64,000 nucleotides of DNA from Mytilus trossulus (lineage: Eukaryota). The stretch lies in assembly GCF_036588685.1 (NCBI RefSeq), contig NC_086373.1, forward strand, positions 101,742,001 to 101,806,000, in the 5' to 3' direction. Under the pieces are notes generated by a model. It saw nothing but the letters and a program-made list of their open reading frames with translations. It did no database searches and had not been told where the DNA came from. The position numbers and the translations under genes were made by a program. Shown in pieces: positions 12,201-23,150 of this stretch. Position 1 is the stretch's first letter, and each line of letters begins with the position of its first letter.

Positions 12201-15178
12201 TAATTCAGTGGTTGTCGGTTTGTTTATGTGTTACATATTTGTTTTTTGTTAATTTTTTGTTCATAAATAAGGCCATTAGTTTTTTCTTTAGAATTGTTTT
12301 ACATTTTAATTTCAGGGCCTTTCTTAGTTGACTATAGGGTATGGGCTTTGCTCCTTGTTAAAGGCTGTACAGTGACCTATAGTTGTTAATTTTTGTGTCT
12401 GTTGGTCTCTTGTGGAGAGTTGTCACATTGGCAATCATACCACATCTTCTTTTTTATAAGTAGTTCATCTTCTGTATCAATAGCATTTCAACACTGAGGT
12501 TGTGACTTCAACTCCAATCTTAATTGACCAGGATTGCTAGCTTCATGGCAATTGGCTTAAACCGAAAGTAATAACTTGCCAATAACGCTGTAAGTTGCAT
12601 TAAAAAACAAAAATAAATGTGTTATCTATTTCAGATTTTGACTTTTTCATGTAATGAGTTTAGATATCTAGTAAGTGATGTTTTCTAGTGTCAATAGTTC
12701 AAATTGTATTGTCAACCTGGTACATGTATGTTAATTAGGAAACATATTGTTTTACATGCTAAACATGTGTATATGTATATATTTTCCAATTTGTATTTCT
12801 GATTTATGTTCGAAGTTCGAACTAACATCAAAGTCCCTTAATACAAACAAATTGATTGATGCAAATTACCTTAGGAAACTCCCTTGGATACTGTGACTTC
12901 ATTTTTTTTATTCATTGGATACCAATTTTTCGTGGGTTACATGGGTATAGATGAACCACAAATTCAAATGTTAAGCAAATAACATATTTTCAATAGGCTT
13001 TTATATACAAAGATTGGCAAAACCATGAAATCAAATACCCATGAAAATGCAAGTTTTCAGCAATCCACCAAAATTGATACCCACGAAAATAAATTAATCC
13101 ACATATATGCAAAAAAAAAAAAGAAAACCAACCAATTTAAATATATTCTGAACTGTACATCAAAGTAACAAAATGATTAAAATTATTTTATTTTCTGAAT
13201 TTGTTTACTTCTGTTCAAATTTTAACATATCTAGTGAAATTTATGTTATTTTCTTTGAGGAGACTTTAGAACAAACTTAATTAAAACATGATTTGAACTA
13301 ACTAAGTACTGAGTCATTAATAGTTACAAATGTTAGAGGAATGATTCTGAAAAGTTAAGTCTCCTGGGACAAATAATTGAAAAACATCATAGAAAATTTG
13401 TGCCGAAGACTTGAGTAAAGAAGGGTTGTTATATTTTATCGAATTGATATATAAGATCATGATGATATACCATCTTAAGGTGTTTATATAACACAACTTA
13501 TTTGCTATGCCCATGATGCCTATGTCTGTAGCGACATTTTGGATTTAAATGAATGTAACCTATGTATCACTGGTAAATATATTTTGTATAATTCAGTCAG
13601 GGATTACCTAGATTTGGTTTTGAAGTTTGGTTGTACCTGTAGAAAACTTTATCATAAATTAGGCTGTAACAGGCAATAGTTTTCTCAATTGAATTGTTTT
13701 ATTTGTGATTTTTGGGCCTTTAGAAGCTGACTATGCAGAATTGGCTTTGGTCATTGTTGAAGGCTGTATAGTGACCTACATTTAGTTATTTTCTGAGTCA
13801 TTTTTTCTTTTGGTAGGATTTGTGTTATTTGCAATCATACCAAATCTTCTTTTTTGTATATCTTCCTATACAAAACTCCTGGCTAACAGAAAATAAAATA
13901 AATAATGACGAGCAATATCAATTGACCCATTGCTGATGACACTGAAATAATAGGCATTCAAGGTACAAAACAGTGTATTTATTGGCATTTAGATAACACA
14001 AGACCATTACATTGTACCTAATTATTCAAAATTAAACAATGACCTGTGAGTTTTTTTTTCCAGAAAATACAGTAAAATGCAAGAGTTGATACCAGATGTG
14101 AACTGCAATCGTCTTAAAAACATTGTAGCTATGGAATGGTATAACATATGATTTTTTATGAATCATGAGCATGATAAGACTTGCATGTATATATGTACTA
14201 TGTCTTAAGTCTATTACAATACACCTTATCGCTATTTATGGGTCTCAATGGGGTCTAAGTGTGACGAAGGATTGCCAATTTTTACTATTGTGAGCACTGT
14301 GAAAACCGGAATGAAGTAGCGGGACACAAGAAATAACAAAAAAATGAGAATTACTTACGTACATAGTGTAAGCGTAATACGGGAATCTAACAAAAAAAGT
14401 TAGCAGGATCCGGGGTCAGAATCCCCTATTAAGACCACTCTTTATATTTGTCTACCATTACACAATACCGGAGATCAGACAGGTTCCCGTAAAATTCTGA
14501 CATCATGTACAATACATAATATGTGACACCACAAAGGAAAAGTGATTGTTGTATTATTTTAATACTTCAAGCGGGAAAGATTCTCAGGTCAGCCCGGTTT
14601 AGCGATAACGTGTATCAAAGTCTACACAAGCTTCCGAATTTCATTAATGAATGCACTGCCAAAGTTTACCTGCGGTCATTTTGGGGAAACTTTGTCAAAT
14701 GACATGTGGGGTAAAGATATTTGCTTTTATATGTCAATTTTTCCAGGGGAAAATGCACCAAATGGTAGGTCATGGATACTGTAAATTGTAAATTATAGGC
14801 CTGCTATGTCATGTATGTAGACAGGTCTGACAGGCAGATCTGCACAATTCAAATACACAGTAAATCAAATCTTATAAAATGACAGTAGTTGTGCAAAATT
14901 TTTCAACTGTGAGAGTATTTGTTTCCCCATAGCAAGTTGTTTTTGTTGTAATTATAAAGTTGACATTTCATAAATAACAAACCTTTGGTAAAGTCCAATC
15001 GAAAAACTTCATCGCCACTGTCATTTCGAGCTGAAATGAAAGAAAAAATACATAGTTACAAAGTTAAGGATATAATTGAAATATGTAATGTAGATAGGAT
15101 TTCATGAAAGATTTACATACATTTAAAACGCCCTGTTTTGTGTGACCGTATGCCCTGGCGAGCCCCAACGGCCGCCAT
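163..15178 (-). CDS. RICTOR: RICTOR (mTORC2 subunit), N-terminal 16 coding exons, 564 codons; gene continues beyond the left edge of the window
   Basis: Manually spliced, all GT-AG and phase-consistent: 15121-15178, 14983-15030, 11655-11814, 10806-10937, 9688-9878, 6427-6599, 5472-5539, 5113-5180, 3880-3962, 3362-3449, 2894-2984, 2366-2432, 1935-2015, 1413-1513, 634-811, 163-267. Translation MAAVGARQG...RNDSGDE...RKLGYLNAF...HEAKEVRAATLRVLRY...AIGNDGNHERDRMVR...RATILLGELLHL...WNWDLISSILK is colinear with vertebrate RICTOR as I recall it. Confidence 0.96.
430..562. repeat. ~72-bp tandem duplication (2 copies) in a RICTOR intron
   Basis: GAAAAATGAACATA...TATACACCAACATGA...GGAGGTCAAGTCAAAT occurs at 430 and 502. 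Confidence 0.8.
634..811 (-). CDS. RICTOR: RICTOR coding exon 15
   Basis: QAQKAVYYLDRFHSLKKKGVVPCSLYLDQLIQ...LYLSK. Confidence 0.92.
1413..1513 (-). CDS. RICTOR: RICTOR coding exon 14
   Basis: ASTLLPHECSYHNHCLPSLLSIASSMD. Confidence 0.93.
1935..2015 (-). CDS. RICTOR: RICTOR coding exon 13
   Basis: ALVEVIISSSTKLSIRATILLGELLHL. Confidence 0.94.
2366..2432 (-). CDS. RICTOR: RICTOR coding exon 12
   Basis: PNLVENHIALILFAWIGAGILE. Confidence 0.92.
2533..2720. mobile_element. PIF/Harbinger (Tourist-like) MITE
   Basis: 41-bp TIRs GGGCTATTCCATTTAAACATA...GGAAGGCA (1 mismatch); TTA target-site duplication at 2530-2532 and 2721-2723. Confidence 0.85.
2894..2984 (-). CDS. RICTOR: RICTOR coding exon 11
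   Basis: DPSVMKYTWRLTEGFVAEEGKSSLPHMAKIR. Confidence 0.93.
3362..3449 (-). CDS. RICTOR: RICTOR coding exon 10
   Basis: QGILDILYDLFRLQVPEFTEDFSEALLSV. Confidence 0.92.
3880..3962 (-). CDS. RICTOR: RICTOR coding exon 9
   Basis: GILRFCRPDGSGLQSIVGILYLPFPEIR. Confidence 0.92.
4605..4943. mobile_element. Foldback/MITE with long inverted arms
   Basis: ACAGGCT..TATTTGAACTTGGAATT at the left end mirrored at the right end; inverted over ~125 bp per arm; TA flanks; shorter relative at 21432-21563. Confidence 0.8.
5113..5180 (-). CDS. RICTOR: RICTOR coding exon 8
   Basis: EDKEHRFASSKMAVIAIMKSWP. Confidence 0.92.
5472..5539 (-). CDS. RICTOR: RICTOR coding exon 7
   Basis: QLLAPFTDCHYRFSADSSDGST. Confidence 0.92.
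5729..6043 (+). mobile_element. 3'-terminal fragment of the Naiad-type element (family B tail)
   Basis: Closely similar to 38958-39260; ends GGCAATCATACCACATCTTCTTTTTTATAT. Further copies at 12140-12458, 13655-13860 and 45509-45900. Confidence 0.8.
6427..6599 (-). CDS. RICTOR: RICTOR coding exon 6
   Basis: FLNPELLSLCGGISTII...PRINESLVSTILYLLNHPRTRH...DLE. Confidence 0.95.
6757..7017 (-). mobile_element. Helentron-associated (HINE/DINE-like) non-autonomous element, degenerate
   Basis: Minus strand starts TTTTTATGCTCC, has a GTCC/GTCT-type microsatellite remnant and ends CTTGTT. Confidence 0.45.
9688..9878 (-). CDS. RICTOR: RICTOR coding exon 5
   Basis: NEVERIHAIKLIRK...AIGNDGNHERDRMVRISLATICEI. 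Confidence 0.95.
10261..10535 (+). mobile_element. Short dispersed retro-repeat (family D)
   Basis: Copies at 50345-50578 (+), 4189-4303 (-) and 17409-17480 (-); ends CTTTGACACATTCCCCATTTCCATTCTCAATTTTA. Confidence 0.75.
10806..10937 (-). CDS. RICTOR: RICTOR coding exon 4
   Basis: LRISLFHEAKEVRAATLRVLRYFIQD...IDYLIVR. Confidence 0.95.
11655..11814 (-). CDS. RICTOR: RICTOR coding exon 3
   Basis: PTDNLKEIL...RKLGYLNAFVKFL; within ORF 11651-11839; GTAAGT donor. Confidence 0.93.
12140..12458 (+). mobile_element. Family B tail copy
   Basis: TTTAACCCCGCCACATT...CCTGTCCCAAGT...ATACCACATCTTC. Confidence 0.8.
14983..15030 (-). CDS. RICTOR: RICTOR coding exon 2 (RNDSGDEVFRLDFTK)
   Basis: TTCAG acceptor, GTTTGT donor; RNDSG motif. 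Confidence 0.9.
15121..15178 (-). CDS. RICTOR: RICTOR coding exon 1 (MAAVGARQGIRSHKTGRFK)
   Basis: ATG at 15178-15176 in AAT-ATG-G context; donor GTATGT. Confidence 0.85.
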
Positions 15179-15370
15179 ATTTTTACTTCCTATTTTTACG
15201 GCTTGTCGTAATATTATTCGATAGCAAGATACAAGGCAACTAGATTGTAAAATAATCTTTGTTTTCTTCAGATTCTTATACCAATTTGAACATAATTTAT
15301 TTATTGAAGTAAATCAAAACTACTTTGTTTACATATTGTCTAATTTACGACAAGCAAAGTTACTTTGACC
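15172..15370. promoter_or_regulatory. Probable bidirectional promoter shared by RICTOR and DFPase
   Basis: 192 bp between divergent ATGs; YY1-like CCGCCATATT overlapping the RICTOR start and an ETS-like ACTTCCT at ~15185. Confidence 0.6.
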
Positions 15371-15553
15371 ATGGCCGACACAGGTGCCCCTAAAATTTCA
15401 CAACCCGAATTTACAAAGATTGCTGACAAATTATTAGGGTCGGAAGGTCCAGTGTTTGATAAGAATGGAAATTTTTACATGGTTGCTCCTGAGGTTGAAA
15501 AAGATGGTGCGTTTGCAGGACAGATTCTAAAAGTTGATCTTTCAACTTGTAAA
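15371..15553 (+). CDS. DFPase exon 1
   Basis: ACC-ATG-G Kozak context; MADTGAPKISQPEFTK...VDLSTCK; GTATGT donor. Confidence 0.92.
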
Positions 15554-18500
15554 GTATGTTGTAGAAGGGTTATCATTGAAACATGTACCTGAAAACCCCC
15601 AGATAAATGGTGTAATGATTTTTTTAGGGGTCAACCCGATATGCCAACATGGTAACACTCAGATTCGTAATACTCAACTAGTATGACGCCCTAATAGACA
15701 ACTTTCGAGTTCGATTCATTTCTGTCAAAAACTCTGGTTTTAGTGAACGTCGTTTGTGCGTTTAGGGGCGTCGTCACTTCCATTCCTATGTTGAGCGAGT
15801 GGTTGGAAAACTATAATTCTATATTGTATGAATTATTCTGCAAATTGAATTCTCATAATTGACAATCAGCATTGCTGTCATTAGGGAATTGACATTCAGT
15901 ACCTACAGAACAACCATTATTCCTAGTTTATCCTGCACGATGACAATCACTAAGACGCCTGATGAACGTAAGTAGTGCAGGGATACAGGCGACCCCCTCT
16001 ATCTGCATGATCTGGTAAATGACGTCATGATTTTGACTAAAATTGACCCTTTGAACACTGACTTTGGATGTTGTTTGGTTAATCTAATTGACATGATTGA
16101 AAATCATATTGTGTGAACAGAAAGCAGTACAATTTCTCTGGGCAAAGTTTTATCGAATAGAAAATCATACCATGTAAACACACCTTTCGTCATTATAAGC
16201 ACAATGTTATCATAGTTATTTAAATCATTTTTTTTTCAGGCAACAGTCATCTGTGAACCGGTAGTTGATGGTAATGGTGGAATACCAGCTGGTTGTCAGT
16301 GTGATAAAGATAATGTTATATGGATTGCTGACATGAGGTTGGGGATTCTAACCATGGACCAATCTGGTCAGTTTAAACAGGTACAAAGTCTATTTTCCAT
16401 TTGAATTGTGCAGACTAGATTATTCAATGCAGATAATTTTTTGCGATATTGAATCTTAAAAAGGGAGGAAAGATACCAGAGGGACAGTCAAACTCATAGA
16501 TGGAAAATAAACTGACAATGCCATCATGCATGCATGGCTTAAAATAAAAAGACAAACAGACAAATAATAGTATAGAAGTAATACTAAAGACTAAGCAACA
16601 TGAACCCCAACAAAAACTGGGGGTGATTTAAGGTGCTCCGTAAGTGTAAGCAGATCTTGCTCCACATGTGGCACACCTAAACTGCTGTGAACATTGTTAA
16701 AATCTAGAAGGTAAAATATGTTTGCCCTGATATTTTCTTAAAACTTAAAGGCTAATTATAACAATACATGAGTAAATAAATGATATTTCCTGTCTTCCAG
16801 TTTTGTACAGCAGACAGAGATGGAAATGTTATGCAGGGTTGTAATGACTGTAGTTTTGATTATGATGGTAATTTATGGGTAACAGCACCAGCAGGGGAGA
16901 TATCTCCACACCCTTTTAGAAGATCCACTGAGGTAAAATTTACTTGTATTTTTCAAATAAACAAGATTTACAGTTTGAATACACTTGAATTCAGTAGATT
17001 AAAAGTACAATATTTTTATCATGTTTATTATATAAAAAAGGGGACAAAGGAAAAAACCTTTAATACATAATTTTACTATTTCCCAAAATTAGAGCACAAC
17101 ATTATAATATACTTTATTACAAATCCATGCAGAGAGCACGATGATAAAGTAAAGAGCTAGATAATCTTATATACTGTGGATTCATTATTATTCTTTGGAT
17201 ACCAAATTTCGTGGATTTCGTGGGCACAGTCAAACCACGAAATTAAGTATTCAACGAATGATAATATTTCTATAGGTTTGTATGCAGACTTCAGCAAAAC
17301 CACGAAATCAAATATCCACGAATATGCAAGTGTTTCTTAATCCACGAAAATTGGTACCCACGAAAAAAAATGAATCCACAGTATTTTAAAAAAATAGATA
17401 AAGAAATAGAATTGAGAATGGTAATAGGGAATGTTTTATAGAGACAATAACCCAACAAAGACCAGAAAACAACAGAAGGGCACTGATTTATAAACATAAA
17501 CAACTCATCTAATCATTTCATATGATCTTTATTCACAAATGCTGGATTTATATTTGCTGAAAAGCATCTTATCTGTATTTGACTTATCTATAAATAGTAT
17601 CAGCAGTTTTAAATAGTGAAACTGCTAATATAAAAAAGAAGATGTGGTATGATTGCCAATTAGAAAACTATTCACAAAAGACCAAAATGACCCAGAGCAA
17701 GCATTGTGTTTCAAAAATTGAAATTTATCTGTCTTTAGAGAAGAAATATTGAATGACACTTGATGCAGTGGTATATAGATCAGTATTGTTACAGTTCACA
17801 AATTGTTAAATGTATTTGTAATATTGTTTACTATAGGATCGGTTTGGATCAGTCTATTGTGTGACTAATAAGAAAGAAGTGATTAAGGTCGATACAGGGT
17901 ACAAGTTCTCTAATGGTATAGCTGTACAACATAAACCCGATGGAAAACCATGGAAGGTGATAGTAGCGGAGACATTTACCAAATCACTGTGGGCATATGA
18001 TATCCTGGGTCCCGGTCAAGTAGGACAGAAGACATTATGGGGAAAGTTACCAGGTAGGGAAACATAAAGATTTATAAGGTTTTCTGTGATATTGGTTATT
18101 TGTTATTCAGGGTAAATTGTTACAGAATTTATTTTATTACTCAGCTGACAAAAGGCTTATTTAAATGGTAGCTAACATTAGGTATGATTATTACAAGAAC
18201 AAAAAAAAAGAAGACAATTTACATATGTTACTGTTTAAGGTGACATCTTTTCAAAAGCAATACATTTGATAAAGATGATATGTTAAAGAGAACAACCTGA
18301 CCAAAAAGCCAAAAAGAAAAAAAACACAGAGATTTAATCAAAATTTACTTTTTTCATTGTTTTAGCTCTTTCCATTCCTGATGCCGATTTTGTCTATTCA
18401 GTTTATTGTTAATTGCAATGACAAAAATTAATTACTGTATAGCTAAAAAATGTGTAATTTGATCAAAATTTAAATATAGTATAAATGTTCTGTCTTTTTG

Positions 18501-18766
18501 AAGGAGATTTAGAAGGTGGCCCTGATGGCATGGACTTTGATGCAGCAGGTAACTTAATTGTAGCCCACTGGGGCTCAAGCCATCTAGAAGTATTCGGTCC
18601 AGATGGTGGAAGCCCTCATACAAGAATCAAATGTCCTTTCTCTAAGCCAAGTAATGTTCATTTCCAACCAGGAACCAGCACGGTATATGTAACAGAGCAC
18701 GAGTTCCATGGATTATGGAAATTCCAGTGGGAACACTCAGGAAAACCTCAGTATTGTGATGTTTAA
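15371..18766 (+). CDS. Diisopropyl-fluorophosphatase (DFPase; SMP-30/gluconolactonase six-bladed beta-propeller, Ca-dependent phosphotriesterase), 5 exons, 311 aa
   Basis: Exons 15371-15553, 16240-16380, 16801-16932, 17837-18053, 18504-18766 (936 nt including TAA), all GT-AG. Motifs EGPVFDKNG-FY-VAPEVE, GGIPAGCQCD, ADMRLG, MQGCNDC-FDY-GNLW-TAPAGE, NGIAV-H, GG-DGMDFD, WGSSH-EVFGPDGG, RI-CPF-KPSN-HF, VTEHE and QYC match squid DFPase. Confidence 0.96.
16240..16380 (+). CDS. DFPase exon 2
   Basis: ATVICEPVVDGNGGIPAGCQCDKDNVIWIADMRLGILTMDQSGQFKQ (not in the ORF track). Confidence 0.94.
16801..16932 (+). CDS. DFPase exon 3
   Basis: FCTADRDGNVMQGCNDCSFDYDGNLWVTAPAGE...RSTE. Confidence 0.94.
17172..17383. 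mobile_element. MITE in DFPase intron 3 (second copy at 12889-13103 in a RICTOR intron)
   Basis: TIRs TACTGTGGATTCATT / AATGAATCCACAGTA; internal CCACGAA repeats. Confidence 0.8.
17837..18053 (+). CDS. DFPase exon 4
   Basis: DRFGSVYCVTN...FSNGIAVQH...VAETFTKSLWAYDI...WGKLP. Confidence 0.94.
18504..18766 (+). CDS. DFPase exon 5
   Basis: DLEGGPDGMDFD...PQYCDV-stop. Confidence 0.93.
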
Positions 18767-20351
18767 TAGTTGGACTAGAGTTTTAACTAAAGCTATGCAG
18801 TAGGAATCTGTTTACAATCAAACATATCTTATTTTTATAATCGAAAAATGTTTTGATAATCATATTGAAAATTGTTATTTATAGTGATTTAAGATATTTG
18901 TGCAGTATATATTTTATTTTTACAAATCAATCTATTCATGTAGATTTAATATTTCATATATTTATATTTTATATATTTTGAAAATTTATATATAGATGCT
19001 AGTCACAGAATTCATTAGATGAAAACATTCGATATAATATTAATTTTCCTGCCCTGGAAACATGTATTCACAATTATATATACAAAACTGTGTTTCCAAG
19101 AAAGCATTTTAATTGCTTTATCCATTGAAAAGTATTTGTAGTGAAGTCAATCACATACTATTTAAATATGATTGAACAGATGAAAAACAAATAAATCTGT
19201 TATCCTGGTTTTGGAGGAGTTTGTTATTGAATTTGTTGAACAAGTACAAATGCACTTAAACAAAAAGGCAGCATTTTATATAAACTTTCACAAATGGGTA
19301 TTGCTTATTCCTGTATATGTGGTTTTTTTCTATATTTATTCTTGTTTATCAATTTTGTGCCATAATTGTTATCTAGAAATCAAGAATTTCAGAAATTTGC
19401 TACTTGCAATGACTAATAAAGTCGTCTGCTTTTGCTCAAAATATTTCATGTTAGTCAAAACATTTATTTTCAGTAGATAAAAAATTTACACTTTTTAATG
19501 AATATTTGGTAATTATTTTCATGAAAACAATGAAAAATGCAGAATTTATGCAGTTTTCCATCGTTATTTCCATTCACCGCAGTAATTTTATTGGTGCTCT
19601 TTAATATATTTTTAGTTGTGCAATATTAAAAAAACAACTAGTAAATCAATATTTAAGCATTTAAAGAAAAACTAACTTTATAGATTGGAAGCTTATTACA
19701 TTTACCAAATATGATCATCTTTTTTTTTTCTATTTAAGGGAACTATTTCTGCTTTTGGAAAGAAGTTACTTCGAATGATAGGTTGTGTAAAGGGTATTGG
19801 TGTTCAGCAGTTTTATAGATTATATTTTGATAACAACCGCTTTTGTTCAGTTTTTGTTTTGTCCTGCCTCAAACAAATCTCAGAGGCAAGACTTAAGCAT
19901 GCTGTTTTCTGTGGCAGCTTGACAATTTGTTAAAGTTTGGGATTAGGATTGGACCAATAATGTTAAAACAATTATAATCAGTTTTATAAGCAAATTTTTT
20001 TTAGCAAAAGATATAATATATGCGTGTATTTAAGATTTTGCAAAAGATTTAAAGTACATAATATTTTTCAACAGTAATAATAGTAATTTGATTAGCTCCA
20101 CTCTTGAAAACTTTTACATGGTTATCCCGCATATTATATTAAAGTTGAGTGCCCAAAAAAATATTTTTTATAACATGTTTTTGTCTAGTCTTGGGTTAGT
20201 TGGGTTTTATATATATGGTTTTACATTTAATCATGACTTTAGCACTATTAAGATGGTGTATTGTTAAAATTTTAGTCAGGTATGTGATTTTTTTTCTGAC
20301 AACAGAATTATTGTTATTGTTATTAACGTTAATTTAGATTTTTCAATAATG

Positions 20352-20390
20352 AATAAATGATTAACTTTGTGTTTGTTGTCTTGTGAAATC
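20352..20390 (+). promoter_or_regulatory. Candidate polyadenylation signal of DFPase
   Basis: AATAAA followed by a GT-rich tract; other AATAAA hexamers lie closer to the stop, so the choice is uncertain. Confidence 0.3.
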
Positions 20391-21431
20391 TTTGTCTCCA
20401 GATTGAATTGTGAGTATTTTTTTATTACTTTTCCTATATCCATTTATGTCCAATCATTTATTTCTTCATATTCATTACTTGATTGATTTTTCAAAATACA
20501 GGGAATGAAATAATATTCATGCTGATTCTTTGGAATGTGGCCTTAAAGTATTTTTCTCAGCAATTTGTCTTAAAAGAACAAAATTAATATATTTATGAAT
20601 AATGATACTTTCATTAAGTTTATAATTTGATAAGACATGGGCCTGATAATGGAGACCTAAGTTTATGTTTCATTAATTATAGGGATTGATAACCAAAACC
20701 AATTACCTTTGACATTTTGATATTTTACAAACTATTTATGCACCATATCAGATAACCTTTCTGTATTGCTCAATGATCAATAAAACTTATATAGGAATGT
20801 TAGTAGGTCAGTAATCTAGCAAATCTAGGTTTCACTAATCTTCTTTTTGACTCTTCACTGACTTTTATGATTATTCATTTCCTGAGATATTACTCAGTTG
20901 GGTTCACCTGATCAGACCAGATGTAATTGTCAAAGAAATAGAAATTACTATCCAGGCCAGGGTCTGGAAAAATAAGAACGTGTATCCATGGTTTACCAGC
21001 AGGAACTGATAAATGAAATTCTGTTCTCTATTTAAATAAAAAGCTTCATGGTGAATTTTGGAATGTATCAGTTTAAAAATGAAAAAAAATGATTTTAATG
21101 GTCTGATAGCTACTATTAGCTACTGATTACAAAAAATTCAATTTATGACAAAAAGGCCAATAAAATTTCCAATGATGATAAATTCTTAAATTCAATTTGA
21201 CAAAAAATCAGACTTTTAATCCAGTCATAAGGATTTGAAATCAGTCAAAATTGACAAATATGACCTTTTCCTGACCCTTGGTGTTACTGATTATAATTAA
21301 TTTTATTAAGGTAACTCCTGTCCTCAGTTGTCCTATAATATATAAGGACCTGGCGTAAATTGTCATGGATTTCTACCAAACTTGGACAGAAGCTTGTTTA
21401 TGATCATAAGATAGTATCCAAAAATAAATTA

Positions 21432-21563
21432 AAACAGGCTATTATTTGAACTTGGAATTTTTTTTGAACTGTGGAATTTGCTTGATTTCTTGTTATTGTT
21501 ACCGCAAGAAATTATGCAAATTCCATAATTAAAAATTATTCCAAGTTCAAATAATAGCCTGTT
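21432..21563. mobile_element. Short palindromic MITE, same family as 4605-4943
   Basis: AAACAGGCTATTATTTGAACTTGGAAT...ATTCCAAGTTCAAATAATAGCCTGTTT with TA on both sides. Confidence 0.75.
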
Positions 21564-22146
21564 TTATGTAAAAAAAATATTCTTTTTTTCCCTATTTAAC
21601 AAAACTGTTGTATTGCTGGGTCTTCCAAGTGCTCCACGAAAACTCTTTCTAAATTATTAACATCTATTTTATCAGCAATCAAATAAGGGTTTCAAAGTTA
21701 TTGTGAAACTGCCTATTCTAGAGGTGGCCTGAATCAGATGTGGATACTTGAGACTCCCAAAGATCTTTTAGAGTACATACAATCTAACTCTCTTTTATCT
21801 TGTAATACTATTAAAACATGTGACTTTTTTACACCTTACGCAAGTATTCCACATTCCAAACTAACAGACAAATTGCTTGTCTAAGGGAGGAATAACTCCT
21901 ACTTTGTAAAAGATCACTCAGATTCAAACAAAAAATTCTTTGAAACTGACATTACCAAGATGCTTGATTTCTTGATTGACAACATATTTGTTACGTTCGG
22001 AGAACATGTTTTTCCAACAAACTGTCGGCATTCCAATGGGAACAAATTGTCCCCTCTTGCCGACTTGTTTTTTTTTTATTGTTATGAGGCTGACTTCATT
22101 CAGGAACTTTTTAGGAAGAAAGATGAAAAATTAGCGATATCCTTTG

Positions 22147-23150
22147 ATATAAAAAAGAAGTTGTGGTATGATTGCCAATGAGACAACTATCACTAAAGAC
22201 CAAATGACACACATTAACAACTATAGGTCACCTTCAACAATGAGCAAAGCCCATACCACATAATCAGCTCTAAAAGGCTCCGATAAGACAATGTAAACAA
22301 TTCAAACAAGAAAACTAACGGCCTTATTTATGTAAAAAAATTAACAAAAAACAAATATGTAACACATACACAAACGACAACCACTGAATTTACAGGTTCC
22401 TGACTTGGGACAGGCACATACATAAATAATATGGCGGGGTTAAACATGTTAGCGGGATCTCAACCCTCCTCCTAACCTGGGACAGTGGTATAACAGTACA
22501 ACATAAGAACGTCTATAAAAATCCCTTGAAAAAGGCTTAACTCATCAGATGGACAAAAAATACAAGTGGACGTGGCCGGGTACTTATACATCCCAACACA
22601 AAACACAAAGAACAGATCTGAGAGTACTCACAGTTATCTGACAGCTAGTTCAAAGCTACCAACAACTAATAAAAAAAATCATGCATCTAAGACTAAACTA
22701 TCAATCCGTACACATCCATTATCATGTGGATTTAGTATAAAGACGTCAAAAACAGCCAGAGACAACATGAACTTGTGCAATGCCATGTTACAGATATCGA
22801 CATATTGTAGATCCATGAATATGTATATGTATATAACATACTAGTAATATTTAGTTAGCTTTTAATTTACTGATAAAATCAATATTTATACCAATAAACA
22901 CAATATTCAATGATCTTATTACAGTGTTGAGAAGGTAACCTTTTAGAATAAGTTTATTTAAGGGAGCGACAAGTTTACATGGATCATTTCTAAATTTCCG
23001 GGCACGGTTAACAACATTTCCGTAAAAATGAGGATGTGCTACCCCGTTTGAAATTACGGTTTTCTACAAGTACAACCAAACTTTAATACCAAATCTTTAT
23101 ATCTATGGAAAAATTTAGTAAAGGTTATAACTTATAAGTAATTTATGGGA
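22147..23150 (-). mobile_element. 3' ~1 kb of the family B Naiad element nested in antisense within family A
   Basis: Reverse complement aligns by eye to ~38320-39260; CGATATCC occurs near both junctions (22135, 23152), a possible TSD. Confidence 0.8.
22690..22760 (-). promoter_or_regulatory. SECIS-like element, second copy (first A of AUGA mutated to U)
   Basis: UGAC-GUCUUUAUAC-U-AAA-UCCA-loop-UGGA-U-GUGUACGGAU-UGAU. Confidence 0.65.

Noticed and set aside
618-13514. Short ORFs in the track (e.g. 618-815, 3329-3550, 6849-7383, 9504-9797, 12101-12331)
   Set aside because: Antisense or off-frame shadows of RICTOR exons, or chance ORFs in AT-rich introns and repeats.
14239-14440. Possible MITE with GGGTCTCAATGGGG / CCCCTATTAAGACC ends
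   Set aside because: The inverted ends are imperfect, there is no TSD and no second copy in the window; too weak to call.
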